Shown here piece by piece: positions 8,643 to 18,731 of a stretch of DNA of 37,025 bases. The notes under the pieces were generated by a model. That model was not told the origin of the DNA. It did no database searches and saw nothing but the letters and a program-made list of their open reading frames with translations. Positions within the stretch are counted from its first letter, which is position 1. Each line of letters opens with the position of its first letter. Position numbers and translations under genes: made by a program. The stretch is from the sequence record SRR20825019_31. One strand, written 5' to 3'.

Positions 8643-10001
8643 ATGAAGACGCTTTTATTCTCTCTCCTATTTATCTGCTCGTTTACCGCTTTTTCTCAGA
8701 ACGACTCTCTTTTCATTCGATCGATTTACGACAAAGCACTTTCCAACGGGAATGCACATGAAGACTTAAGAAGTCTTTGCAAGGATATTGGCGCCAGGTT
8801 GAGCGGAAGCGCAGAGGCAGCAATGGCTGTTGAGTGGGGAAAGCAAAAGATGGAAAAATACGGCTTCGACAAAGTGTATTTGCAAAAAATTAAAGTTCCG
8901 CATTGGGAACGAGGAACAACAGAAGCTGGCTGGATAAAATCCGAAGGTAAAATTATCAAAGTGAAGCTTTTGGCACTCGGAGGTTCGATTGGAACAAATG
9001 GACTTTTAGAGGCTGAGATCATTGAGTTTAAATCCATAGACGCGCTCAAGGCCGCAAAAGCAGAAAGCGTGAAAGGAAAAATCGTGTTTTTGAATCAACC
9101 AATGGATGAGAAACAAATCAACACGTTTAGAGCTTACGGGGGTTGCTACCCAATTCGAGGAGACGGAGCCGTTGAAGCAGGAAAACTAGGTGCAAAAGCA
9201 GTCCTTATTCGATCACTTGGAATGCCCGTAGATGACCATCCTCACACGGGATCGATGCATTACGAAGAAGGCGTGGAAAAAATTCCAGCAGCTGCACTTT
9301 CCACCTCGGATGCTGAAGTTCTTTCTAAACTTTTAGCAACAAACAAGGCAAAATTTGTTCTCGAAATGGATTGTCGCGATTATCCAGATGTTACTTCGTA
9401 CAACGTAATAGGAGAATTAACAGGCACACAAAAACCAGATGAGATCATCACTTTTGGTGGACATCTTGATTCATGGGATACTGGCGAAGGTGCTCACGAT
9501 GACGGCGCGGGTGTCGTTCATTGTCTTGAGGCTTTGCGCATTTTAAAATCACTTAATTACAAACCTAAACACACCTTACGCCTCGTTTTATTCATGAATG
9601 AGGAAAACGGCAATATGGGAGGAAGATCGTACGCTCAAATCGCAAAGGAAAAGGGTGAAAAACACATCGCTGCTTTGGAAAGTGATCGCGGAGGATTCTC
9701 TCCGAGAGGATTTCAAGTGGACGGAACCGATGAGCAAGTAAAATTCCTCGAAGGTTTGGCGAAAAACTTCACTCAGTATGACTTACACGTTTTTGAACGA
9801 GGATATGGTGGTGTGGACATTTCTCCATTAAAAAAAGAATATGAAGGTATTCCACTTTTTGGGTTTGTTCCAGATTCTCAGCGCTATTTCGACTTTCATC
9901 ATGCACCAAGCGATGTTTTCGAGAATGTCAACAAAAGAGAATTAGAACTTGGATGTGCGGCAATTGCTTCGTTTGTTTACCTTTTGGATAAATCTCTTTA
10001 G
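8643..10001 (+). CDS. M28 family metallopeptidase (carboxypeptidase Q-like, PA domain), secreted
   Basis: Signal peptide; GGHLDSWD, GAHDDGAG, NEENG, ESDRG and FHH zinc-ligand motifs. Confidence 0.9.
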   Translation: MKTLLFSLLFICSFTAFSQNDSLFIRSIYDKALSNGNAHEDLRSLCKDIGARLSGSAEAAMAVEWGKQKMEKYGFDKVYLQKIKVPHWERGTTEAGWIKSEGKIIKVKLLALGGSIGTNGLLEAEIIEFKSIDALKAAKAESVKGKIVFLNQPMDEKQINTFRAYGGCYPIRGDGAVEAGKLGAKAVLIRSLGMPVDDHPHTGSMHYEEGVEKIPAAALSTSDAEVLSKLLATNKAKFVLEMDCRDYPDVTSYNVIGELTGTQKPDEIITFGGHLDSWDTGEGAHDDGAGVVHCLEALRILKSLNYKPKHTLRLVLFMNEENGNMGGRSYAQIAKEKGEKHIAALESDRGGFSPRGFQVDGTDEQVKFLEGLAKNFTQYDLHVFERGYGGVDISPLKKEYEGIPLFGFVPDSQRYFDFHHAPSDVFENVNKRELELGCAAIASFVYLLDKSL

Positions 10002-11557
10002 TCTACTAGCTGAACTGAACGTTGTATAGTTCCTTCGTTCGTTTTTAACATCAAAATGTAATTTCCAGCGGCAGCATTTGTCGAAAGTTGAACTCCATTA
10101 ATGACAGGATTCAATTGACTTTTAACTTCCATCCCAAGTGAATTATACAGCTTTACATCCACTAATTCCGTACTTGAATGAATCGTGAAAATTCCATTCG
10201 AAGGATTCGGAAAAACAGAAATTAATTCGTTCAAATCTTTTTTCTCTACTTCGGCATTTCCCAAGAGTGATTTGTAAGCATTTATTCTTCCTGCTCCCAT
10301 CATTCCGACATACGCTGAGTTAAGCGCATCAATATTATCGCAGCCATTCTTAATCGCAGCCTCAACATCTTGTGGTGTAGACCCTGGGAACTCATCCAAG
10401 ATTAGCGCTGCAAGTCCAGCAACAAGTGGACAAGCCATAGATGTACCTGAAAGCGAACCATATTCAGCACCCGTTCCGGAAAGCGTACTGTAAATTCCCG
10501 ATCCTGGAGCCATTACGTCTATGGTGTTTCCGTAGTTCGAAAAACTCGATTTCATGTCCGATGGATCCGTTGCTCCAACGCTAATCACATTATTGAATGC
10601 CGCAGGATAAAATGGTGTCGACGTATTATCATTCCCTGACGCTGCAACAAGGACAATTCCTAAAGAATTAGCCGCATTGAAAATACTTTGTCCTGTTGAT
10701 GAAAAACCACCTCCCCACGACATGCTGATAACATCCGCTTCAGCACGAATAGCATAATAAACACCGTCGTAGGCGTTTGGCAATTCATTTCCTTGACTTG
10801 TGCTGTTATCTGGAGTACATTTTACCGCAATAATGGTTGTGTTATAGCCTATCGAGGCGATTCCAATGCCATTATTTGAACTCGCAGACGCAATTCCAGC
10901 ACAATGCGTTCCATGAACAAAAGGCGTAGATGAATTTGCACTTGACGGAGGATTCGGGTTTGGATCATTATTCGCCACATCAAAACCGTTCACGTCATCC
11001 GTGTAGCCATTCAAATCGTCATCAAATCCATTGTTTGGAATCTCGCCTGGATTAACCCAAATGTTTCCTACTAAGTCTTCATGCACAGTGCTTACCGCGT
11101 TGTCCACAATGGCAATTTTGATCGAAGTATTTCCCGTTGAGATGTCCCAAGCCTGAAAAGCATTAATTTTCGTTAGTGCCCATTGCGAAGGATGTACATC
11201 GTTCGGAACGACAGAAATTCTATGAAGCGGCTTAGGCTCTGCATATACTACGTACGAGAGCAATTCCAATTCCATGATTAAAGCGTTGATCAGTTGTTCT
11301 TGACCAAAGGTTAACTCATAAGTAACGTCTAGTTCAGGCGAAAGTCCACCAAAAGGCAAGCGCATGTTTGTTACATCATACGTTGATAAAATCGTATTTA
11401 AAGAAGGGTCAGAATAGTCGTAATTCGCTAGATCTATGGAAGATCCTACATTTAACTGCACGTATAATTGCCCATCAACATAATTAGTATCAATGGTTTG
11501 AGCGTATAACTGTATAGAACTGAGTAATATTAAAAGGGACGAGAGTAGTTTTTTCAT
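9998..11557 (-). CDS. S8 subtilisin-like serine protease with T9SS type A C-terminal sorting domain
   Basis: Catalytic triad IAIVDNA / HGTHCAG / GTSMACP; signal peptide and propeptide; C-terminal VFPNP...GNYILML. Confidence 0.93.
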   Translation of the reverse strand: MKKLLSSLLILLSSIQLYAQTIDTNYVDGQLYVQLNVGSSIDLANYDYSDPSLNTILSTYDVTNMRLPFGGLSPELDVTYELTFGQEQLINALIMELELLSYVVYAEPKPLHRISVVPNDVHPSQWALTKINAFQAWDISTGNTSIKIAIVDNAVSTVHEDLVGNIWVNPGEIPNNGFDDDLNGYTDDVNGFDVANNDPNPNPPSSANSSTPFVHGTHCAGIASASSNNGIGIASIGYNTTIIAVKCTPDNSTSQGNELPNAYDGVYYAIRAEADVISMSWGGGFSSTGQSIFNAANSLGIVLVAASGNDNTSTPFYPAAFNNVISVGATDPSDMKSSFSNYGNTIDVMAPGSGIYSTLSGTGAEYGSLSGTSMACPLVAGLAALILDEFPGSTPQDVEAAIKNGCDNIDALNSAYVGMMGAGRINAYKSLLGNAEVEKKDLNELISVFPNPSNGIFTIHSSTELVDVKLYNSLGMEVKSQLNPVINGVQLSTNAAAGNYILMLKTNEGTIQRSVQLVD

Positions 11558-11685
11558 AAGCTATTTCTGAGGTTTGCTTCATATATACGAACAAACACTC
11601 ATTTTGGATTTTATGATTTAAATTTAATTCACACAAGAAATCTCATAAAATTTACGACCAAAATTAATCATTTCCTAAAATAAAC

Positions 11686-11693
11686 TAACTTTG
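11686..11693 (+). promoter_or_regulatory. -7 promoter element for 11750..13018
   Basis: TAACTTTG matches TAnnTTTG. Confidence 0.55.
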
Positions 11694-11749
11694 TAGTCAA
11701 ACTACAGGGGGTTTTCTTAATAAAAATGAAACCTTAATAACATACACGT

Positions 11750-13018
11750 ATGGCTCAAGACATATTTGATAAAATCAGAAAAAACAGAGGTCCACTCGGA
11801 CAATATTCTAAAGGAGTTCACGGTTATTTTACATTCCCGAAACTTGAAGGACAAATTGGAAACAAGATGATCTTTCGTGGTAAGGAGTGTTTAGTATGGT
11901 CGGTGAACAACTACCTTGGTTTAGCGAATCATCCTGAAATCAGAGAAGTTGATGCTAAGGCATCTGCTGATTGGGGATTGGCTTACCCGATGGGATCTAG
12001 AATGATGACTGGTCAAACGAGTGAGCATGAGGCGTTGGAGGCGGAGATTTCTGAATTCATGGATAAAGAAGATACGATTCTTCTGAACTTTGGATATCAA
12101 GGGATGGTTTCGGCAATTGATGCCGTTGTAGATCGAAATGATGTAATTGTTTACGATAGCGAATCTCATGCATGTATTCTTGACGGAATGCGTCTTCACG
12201 CTGGAAAACGTTTTGTTTTTAAGCACAACGACATGGAAAGCTTTGATAAGCAAATGGAGCGTGCTACGCGTATTGCTGAACAAAGTGGAGGAGGAATTTT
12301 GGTTATTACCGAAGGAGTTTTCGGAATGGCTGGAGATCAAGGAAAACTGAAAGAACTCGTTGAATTCAGACAGTCTGGAAAATACGATTTCCGTTTATTC
12401 GTTGACGATGCTCACGGATTCGGGACAGTTGGAGAAAAAGGACAAGGAAGTGGTGAAGCACAAGGAGTTCATGATGAAATTGATATCTTGTTTGGAACAT
12501 TCGCTAAATCAATGGCTTCTATTGGTGCATTCATTTGTGCTGAGGAGCAAATTGTAGAATTTTTGCGCTACAATATGCGTTCACAGGTATTCGCTAAGTC
12601 GTTGCCTATGCCGTTGGTAATTGGAGCAAGAAAGCGACTTGAATTATTGCGTACGCAGCCTGAGCACAAAGCAAAATTGTGGACGATTGCTACAACATTG
12701 CAAAAAGGACTCGTTGATGCTGGTTTTGACATCGGTGTAACGAATTCATGTGTAACTCCAGTATTTATGCAAGGAAACCTCGCAGAAGCAACAAATTTAA
12801 CGTTCGACCTTCGTGAGAATTACAATATTTTCTGTTCAATCGTTATCTACCCGGTTGTACCAAAAGACGTGATTATGTTGCGTTTGATCCCAACGGCTTC
12901 TCATACATTGGAAGATGTTCAATACACTATTGATACATTTACGAAGATGAAGGCGAAATTGGATGCTGGTGAGTACAAATCAGAAGAGATGGCAACTGTA
13001 GAAGTTGACAAGAAATAA
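11750..13018 (+). CDS. PLP-dependent alpha-oxoamine synthase, probable cysteate-C-fatty acyltransferase (SulA/CapB type, sulfonolipid synthesis)
   Basis: AOS motifs NNYLGLA, HACILDG, DDAHG, GTFAKS (PLP Lys). The N-terminal HGYFTFPKLEG and the second Lys motif RSQVFAKSLP resemble SulA as I recall it. The family call is firm; the substrate is inferred. Confidence 0.78.
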   Translation: MAQDIFDKIRKNRGPLGQYSKGVHGYFTFPKLEGQIGNKMIFRGKECLVWSVNNYLGLANHPEIREVDAKASADWGLAYPMGSRMMTGQTSEHEALEAEISEFMDKEDTILLNFGYQGMVSAIDAVVDRNDVIVYDSESHACILDGMRLHAGKRFVFKHNDMESFDKQMERATRIAEQSGGGILVITEGVFGMAGDQGKLKELVEFRQSGKYDFRLFVDDAHGFGTVGEKGQGSGEAQGVHDEIDILFGTFAKSMASIGAFICAEEQIVEFLRYNMRSQVFAKSLPMPLVIGARKRLELLRTQPEHKAKLWTIATTLQKGLVDAGFDIGVTNSCVTPVFMQGNLAEATNLTFDLRENYNIFCSIVIYPVVPKDVIMLRLIPTASHTLEDVQYTIDTFTKMKAKLDAGEYKSEEMATVEVDKK

Positions 13019-13035
13019 TTAAACTAGATTTAATC

Positions 13036-13073
13036 AAAATCCCGTTAAGCAAATTGTTTAACGGGATTTTTTT
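13036..13073. terminator. Intrinsic terminator between convergent genes, probably bidirectional
   Basis: AAAATCCCGTTAAGCA-aat-TGTTTAACGGGATTTT followed by further Ts. Confidence 0.85.
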
Positions 13074-13093
13074 ATGCCTTAATTATTTTGGGA

Positions 13094-13753
13094 TTAGTGA
13101 ACGATTAACGTCTTTGTTATGCCGTCTTCAAATTCGTTCTTTACAACAACAGTATATTTCCCTGGATCAAAGTTTTTAGTTGTCAAATCGTGTCGATTGT
13201 AACCATCCGAAAGTTTGAGATTATCATAGTACTTCAACTCTCCTTCTTCATTATAGATAGAGATGAACCCTGCCGATTCAATCATGGACTCCCAAGAAAT
13301 CGTCATAGATTTATTTACTTTTCTCGGATCTGGAATCAACTTAATATTGCTTAAAATAGGATGACTTATATCAACGAAGTCCAATACTTCAATTTCTCCA
13401 TCCATATCAACGCGACTAATTCTAAACACTTCAAGTGCTTCAATCGCCATGTTTATTTCAGAGATTTCGTAAGTGTGTCTTTCTTTGTGGTTCTCAACGG
13501 ATTTCACTCTTACTACTTCCGACCAAATTTCGCCGTCATCAACAGACTTTTCTATGACAAAATAATCGCCGTTATTCTCCCATTCTACATCCCATTTAAA
13601 ATGAATAATTCTTGATGAGAGAACGGCTTTTAATTCAACGAACTGAATTGACGACGTTTTGGAGGAATCAACTTCTGGCGCTCCATAAACAAATGACGTA
13701 CAAAAAAACATCATCGTAAGAGCAAAAATACCAGAATTGAGTATTGTCTTCAT
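13094..13753 (-). CDS. Small secreted protein: one Ig/FN3-like module plus a divergent T9SS CTD-like tail
   Basis: Signal peptide; KWDVEWENNGDYFVIEKSVDDGEIW resembles the W-x3-E-x-N...F-x2-E-R/K-S-x-D-G module typical of T9SS cargo; C-terminal PGKYTVVV...KTLIVH. Confidence 0.7.
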   Translation of the reverse strand: MKTILNSGIFALTMMFFCTSFVYGAPEVDSSKTSSIQFVELKAVLSSRIIHFKWDVEWENNGDYFVIEKSVDDGEIWSEVVRVKSVENHKERHTYEISEINMAIEALEVFRISRVDMDGEIEVLDFVDISHPILSNIKLIPDPRKVNKSMTISWESMIESAGFISIYNEEGELKYYDNLKLSDGYNRHDLTTKNFDPGKYTVVVKNEFEDGITKTLIVH

Positions 13754-13807
13754 ATTAAGTTGGTCTAGTCACTAGGAATCAACTAAATCGTTTTAAACAA
13801 GAGTTTT

Positions 13808-13815
13808 CAAATGTA
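13808..13815 (-). promoter_or_regulatory. -7 promoter element for 13094..13753
   Basis: TACATTTG on the minus strand. Confidence 0.5.
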
Positions 13816-13999
13816 GTTGTACGCCCAATTTCATTCAAGATATGAAATTCATCCCAATAATCTACTATGCAAGCACATGATTTCATGTACATTTAATCGC
13901 TGAGAAATATTAGTTCTCTGATCTAAAAATCACTTACCGAAGTTAGACCTAAGTTCATCATCACTTACTGTTTGTTAATCGAAAATAATTGATCCAATT

Positions 14000-14036
14000 A
14001 AAAAATCCTGCATCACATTGTGCGACGCAGGATTTT
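14000..14036 (-). terminator. Intrinsic terminator of the RND efflux operon
   Basis: Minus strand AAAATCCTGCGTCGCA-caa-TGTGATGCAGGATTTTTT; the stem closes with G-U pairs only on this strand. Confidence 0.82.
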
Positions 14037-14079
14037 CAATCAATAGGTTAAAAAAACCGAGAAAATGTTTGGAAAAGAA

Positions 14080-15516
14080 TCACTTCCATCCGCCTCCCAA
14101 GTTTCTATACAAGTTCACTTTTGCGTTCATTTGCTGTTTTCGTGTGTCAATCAACTCAAACTTCGATTCCAATGCGTCTCGCTGAGTCAAAAGTACTTCC
14201 ATGTAGTCCGCCCGTGCAGAACTGAACAAATCATTTGAGATCGCAATCGACTCTGTTAATGCCTGAACTTCCTGCTCTTTCAATTGGTAACTTTTAGAAA
14301 GATTTTCAATGTTCGACAATTGATTTCCCACTTCGATGTAGGCGTTTAAGATCGAACGTTCATAATTGAACACTGCCTGAATCTGTTTTGCATTTGCATT
14401 GTAAAACTTCGCTTTTAGTGCCTTTCTATTAATTAACGGAGCCATTACATCTCCCATAGCCGAGAAAATAATTGATTCTGGAGACCGTATAAAATACTGT
14501 GGATTAAACGATTGAAGTCCCACTCCGCCAGAAATTCTAAGCGAAGGATAAAATTCTGCTTTTGCCACTTTAATATCCAGTTTTGAAGCTTCCAATTCCA
14601 ATCCAGCTTGTCTAATATCCGGGCGATTCTCGAGCAGTTGCGTTGGAACTCCCGCAAGAAGCGTGTCGAGAGAAAGACTATTAAAATCAAGCGAATTCCT
14701 CTTTACTTCCTGCGGAAATCTTCCAACCAAAAAATTTATTCTATTCTGCGTTTCAACTATATCCTGCTGAATTTCGAACTGTAGACTTCTCGTGTTCAGC
14801 ACTGCAGCTTCAAACTTTCGCACTGCCAACTCTGTCACTCTTCCAGAAATTTTCTCTAGCCGAACGATCTCCAATGCATTCTGTTGAATTTCAATGTTCT
14901 GCTTTAAAATTTCAAGTTGATTATCGAGCGCCAGCAATTCATAATACGAATTGGCGATTTCAGCAATTAAGTTCGTTGCCATGAAATTCTTCCCCTCCAC
15001 GCTCGCGAGGTATCGATTTACAGCTGATTTCTTTGCGTTGTGGAGCTTTCCCCAGACGTCAATTTCCCAACTTGCAAAGGCTCCGATCATTAAATCTGGA
15101 ACAACTTCAGGAGTCTCTTTTCCAGGAGCGATATCAATAGCCGCTTCACTTGCCCCAGCCGTCGTGTAGCGTCCAACTTTTTCGCCGCCGCCGCTGGCGC
15201 CAAGGTTAAGTGATGGCAAATATTCTCCTTTTTTAGCACCAATCTCATTCTGAGAAATCGCAATCTCCTGAAGCGTAATATTCAACTCCTGATTATTCAT
15301 GAGTGCCGAGTCAATCAATACAACCAATAAAGGATCGTTGAAATAATCCCTCCAGTTTATATCTGCTATGTTGACTGAATCTTGCGCAGAATTATAACTT
15401 GTAGGGATGATTTCGGTATTCACCTCTTTTTGTGCAACTCGAAGGGACTTACAGGCGGTGAACACCATTAAAACTCCGACAATACCTATCCACTTAATTA
15501 ACTTATTATTCTTCAT
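14080..15516 (-). CDS. TolC/OprM-family outer membrane efflux lipoprotein
   Basis: Lipobox FTAC; WEIDVWGKL, LLENRPDIR, LYRNLGGGWK; alternative start at 15525; overlaps the RND gene stop. Confidence 0.94.
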   Translation of the reverse strand: MKNNKLIKWIGIVGVLMVFTACKSLRVAQKEVNTEIIPTSYNSAQDSVNIADINWRDYFNDPLLVVLIDSALMNNQELNITLQEIAISQNEIGAKKGEYLPSLNLGASGGGEKVGRYTTAGASEAAIDIAPGKETPEVVPDLMIGAFASWEIDVWGKLHNAKKSAVNRYLASVEGKNFMATNLIAEIANSYYELLALDNQLEILKQNIEIQQNALEIVRLEKISGRVTELAVRKFEAAVLNTRSLQFEIQQDIVETQNRINFLVGRFPQEVKRNSLDFNSLSLDTLLAGVPTQLLENRPDIRQAGLELEASKLDIKVAKAEFYPSLRISGGVGLQSFNPQYFIRSPESIIFSAMGDVMAPLINRKALKAKFYNANAKQIQAVFNYERSILNAYIEVGNQLSNIENLSKSYQLKEQEVQALTESIAISNDLFSSARADYMEVLLTQRDALESKFELIDTRKQQMNAKVNLYRNLGGGWK

Positions 15517-18500
15517 TTTGATCATTATTAGTGTGTGAAGGAAAACTATCTATCATCTGTACAAAGTCTTCCGATAAAGGGCTTTCTTCTTCTCCTTTGA
15601 TGAGGGTTCTTTTATCCGCCATTTTCGCAAAAATGTAGTACAATCCAGGAACGATAATCACTCCGAAAATGGTTCCGAAGAGCATTCCACCCATCGCGGA
15701 GCCTCCAATTGTTCTATTTCCTATTGCGCCTGCTCCGTGTGCGAATACCAGTGGAATTAATCCTGCAACGAAGGCAAACGACGTCATTAAAATTGGTCTA
15801 AATCTCACTTTTGCACCTTCTATGGCCGCATCGAGAATTGTGGAGCCTTCCAATCGTTTTTGAACAGCAAACTCGACAATCAACACGGCATTTTTTCCGA
15901 GCAGCCCGACGAGCATTATCAATCCTACTTGTGCGTAGATGTCATTTGCTAACCCCATGAATTTCAAGAGCATGAACGAACCGAAAATCCCAACTGGAAG
16001 TGAGAAAATTACTGCTAACGGTAAGATAAAACTCTCATATTGAGCCGCCAACACCAAGTAAACGAAAACGAGTACTACAATGAAAATATAAATCGACTCA
16101 TTTCCACGTCTTGACTCGTCATAGGAAAGTCCCTCCCAAGCGATATCATATCCCTTTGGAAGTGTTTTCTCTGCCACCTCTCGAATTGCTTGAATCGCAT
16201 CTGCCGAAGTATAACTTTTCGCAGGTAATCCACGAATGGATGCCGAATTGTACATATTGTAGCGAGTGATCTCATTCGGACCTTGTGTTTTCTTTAGCTT
16301 CATAAATGCAGAATATGGAACCATTTCACCGTGATCATTTTTCACATAGAGGTTCAAAATGTCTGAAGGAAGCTTTCTGAACTCAGGCGCGGATTGTACA
16401 TATACTTTGAAAAATCTACCAAAGCGAATAAACCCTTGTTCGTAGGTACTCCCGATCATAATATTCAGGTTTTCCATCGCTTTTCCAATAGATACTCCTT
16501 TCTGCATCGCCATTTTGTTATCGATCTCCAACTCATATTGCGGATAATCGGCAGCGAAGAAGGTGAACAATCCAGTTAGTTCTTTCCGCTTGCTCAATGC
16601 AGCCATGAAATTTTTGTTGATTTTATCAAACTCCTGATAATCCGTTGACGTTGTTTTATCCAACAATCGCATTGAGAATCCTCCTGATGATCCAAATCCA
16701 GGAACTGCGGGTGGTTCAAAAAATTCGATGATCGCTCCCAAGTCTCGCGACTTCTCTTCGAGTTCTTCCATTATTTCATGGACCGTATGTTCACGATCTG
16801 ACCAATTTTTGAGGTTGATTAGACACGTTCCCGCATTCGAACCACGCCCTTCTGTCATAATCTCATATCCTGCCAATGACGAAACTGATTCTACTCCATC
16901 CACGTGCTCACAGATTTTCTGTAATTCTTGCGAAACTTGATTTGTACGTTCGAGCGTTGCTCCTGGAGGAGTTTGAATAATCGCATAAATGGTTCCTTGA
17001 TCTTCCCCAGGAATGAATCCAGACGGTAGGATTTTACTTTCAAACACAATTCCCAATCCAAAAAGCGCCAAGATAATTATGGTGACTAACCTTCTGTTCA
17101 CGATCAATTTCAACAATCGAACATAACGACCTGTCAGCTTATCAAAACGTTTGTTGAACCAATCAATGAAGCGATTCACGAGCGATTTTCTACGTGGTTT
17201 GTCGTGGTTGTTCTTTAAAATAATTGCGCAGAGCACTGGCGTAAGCGTTAAGGCAACAATTGCTGAGATAATAATGGAACTTGCCATCGTGATTGAAAAC
17301 TGTCGATAAAACGTTCCCACAGGACCAGACATAAACGCAATCGGAACAAAAACGGATACCATTACCAAGGTGATTGCGATAATTGCTCCACTAATTTCAC
17401 CCAATACTTTTCTAACCGCATTGTAAGGCGAAAGGTTTTCTTCCTCCATTTTTGCGTGGACGGCTTCCACCACAACAATGGCATCATCGACCACAATCCC
17501 GATTGCCAATACCAATGCAAAAAGTGTAATCAAGTTGATCGAAAGTCCGAATAATTGAAGCACGAAGAAAGCACCAATCAACGATACAGGCACAGCAATA
17601 ATGGGAATTAACGTTGATCGGATATCTCCAAGAAAGAGGAAGACCACAATTGCTACTAAAATAAACGCATCTCTCAAAGTATGAAGCACTTGTTCAATCG
17701 AAGCATCCAAAAACTTAGAGACATCGTAGCTAATTTTAAAATCCACTCCAGGAGGGAAATTCGCTTTCATTTCTTCCAGCTTATCTTTCACATCTTGAAT
17801 TACTTCTGTTGCATTACTCCCAAAAGATTGCTTCAAAACAATCGCCGCAGAAGGATCTCCATCAAGGTTTGAGTAAATGTCAAAGAATTCACTTCCAAGT
17901 TCAACTTTCGCAACATCTTTCAAATGAATGCTTTCTCCTTCGGAATTTGCGCGAATAATGATGTTCTCGTATTCTTCAGGTTTATTGTAGCGACCTTTGT
18001 AGGTAAGAACATATTCTAAAGATTGAGCTGCAATTCCAGAACTTCTTCCTAAACGTCCAGGACGTCCAACAATGCTCTGTTCATTCATCGCTTCCATCAC
18101 TTCCTCCGTAGAGACGTTATATGCCCGCATTCTGTCTGGATTTAGCCAAACGCGCATTGCATACTTGCGACTTCCAAGAATTTGCGCACGTGCCACACCG
18201 TTAATTCGGTTGATTTCTGGAATCATGTGGACGTTTGCGTAATTGTATAAAAACTTCTCATCCAATTTTTTATCCTTACTATACAAATTCACATACATCA
18301 GCATACTTGGTTGAATCGGAGTAATGATTACCCCTTCACGCTGAACAAGCTCCGGAAGCAAGGGCATTACCTGATCTACCCTTGTTTTCACACGAATTAC
18401 CGCTTGATTCGGATCTGTTCCGGGCTCAAAAACCACCCGAAGAGTTGCTTCTCCAGCGCTGGTAGCATCGGTTGCCATATAACGCATTCCCTGTACTCCA

Positions 18501-18709
18501 TTAATTGAATTTTCGAGGGTTGTAAGAGTTGACTTCACTAAAACATCCGCACTCGCTCCAGGATAGGCAATAAAAATATTCACCGTTGTTGGTGCGATTT
18601 GTGGGAATTGAGAAGTCGGTAATTGCTTCATCGCGAGTGATCCAATAAAAACGATCATCACGGAGATTACTATGGCCAATACTGGTCTATGTACTATCTT
18701 TCTGAACAT
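15506..18709 (-). CDS. RND efflux permease, HAE1 (AcrB/MexB) family
   Basis: 1067 aa; RPVLAIVIS, AIGIVVDDAIVVVE, GKNAVLIVEF and RFRPILMTS, so the proton-relay motifs are present. Confidence 0.96.
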   Translation of the reverse strand: MFRKIVHRPVLAIVISVMIVFIGSLAMKQLPTSQFPQIAPTTVNIFIAYPGASADVLVKSTLTTLENSINGVQGMRYMATDATSAGEATLRVVFEPGTDPNQAVIRVKTRVDQVMPLLPELVQREGVIITPIQPSMLMYVNLYSKDKKLDEKFLYNYANVHMIPEINRINGVARAQILGSRKYAMRVWLNPDRMRAYNVSTEEVMEAMNEQSIVGRPGRLGRSSGIAAQSLEYVLTYKGRYNKPEEYENIIIRANSEGESIHLKDVAKVELGSEFFDIYSNLDGDPSAAIVLKQSFGSNATEVIQDVKDKLEEMKANFPPGVDFKISYDVSKFLDASIEQVLHTLRDAFILVAIVVFLFLGDIRSTLIPIIAVPVSLIGAFFVLQLFGLSINLITLFALVLAIGIVVDDAIVVVEAVHAKMEEENLSPYNAVRKVLGEISGAIIAITLVMVSVFVPIAFMSGPVGTFYRQFSITMASSIIISAIVALTLTPVLCAIILKNNHDKPRRKSLVNRFIDWFNKRFDKLTGRYVRLLKLIVNRRLVTIIILALFGLGIVFESKILPSGFIPGEDQGTIYAIIQTPPGATLERTNQVSQELQKICEHVDGVESVSSLAGYEIMTEGRGSNAGTCLINLKNWSDREHTVHEIMEELEEKSRDLGAIIEFFEPPAVPGFGSSGGFSMRLLDKTTSTDYQEFDKINKNFMAALSKRKELTGLFTFFAADYPQYELEIDNKMAMQKGVSIGKAMENLNIMIGSTYEQGFIRFGRFFKVYVQSAPEFRKLPSDILNLYVKNDHGEMVPYSAFMKLKKTQGPNEITRYNMYNSASIRGLPAKSYTSADAIQAIREVAEKTLPKGYDIAWEGLSYDESRRGNESIYIFIVVLVFVYLVLAAQYESFILPLAVIFSLPVGIFGSFMLLKFMGLANDIYAQVGLIMLVGLLGKNAVLIVEFAVQKRLEGSTILDAAIEGAKVRFRPILMTSFAFVAGLIPLVFAHGAGAIGNRTIGGSAMGGMLFGTIFGVIIVPGLYYIFAKMADKRTLIKGEEESPLSEDFVQMIDSFPSHTNNDQNEE

Positions 18710-18731
18710 AACTTATTTTTTTAGGAATGAT

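Noticed and set aside
11750..13018. Duplicate bioF
   Set aside because: It is longer, has different motifs, and a canonical bioF lies next to bioB
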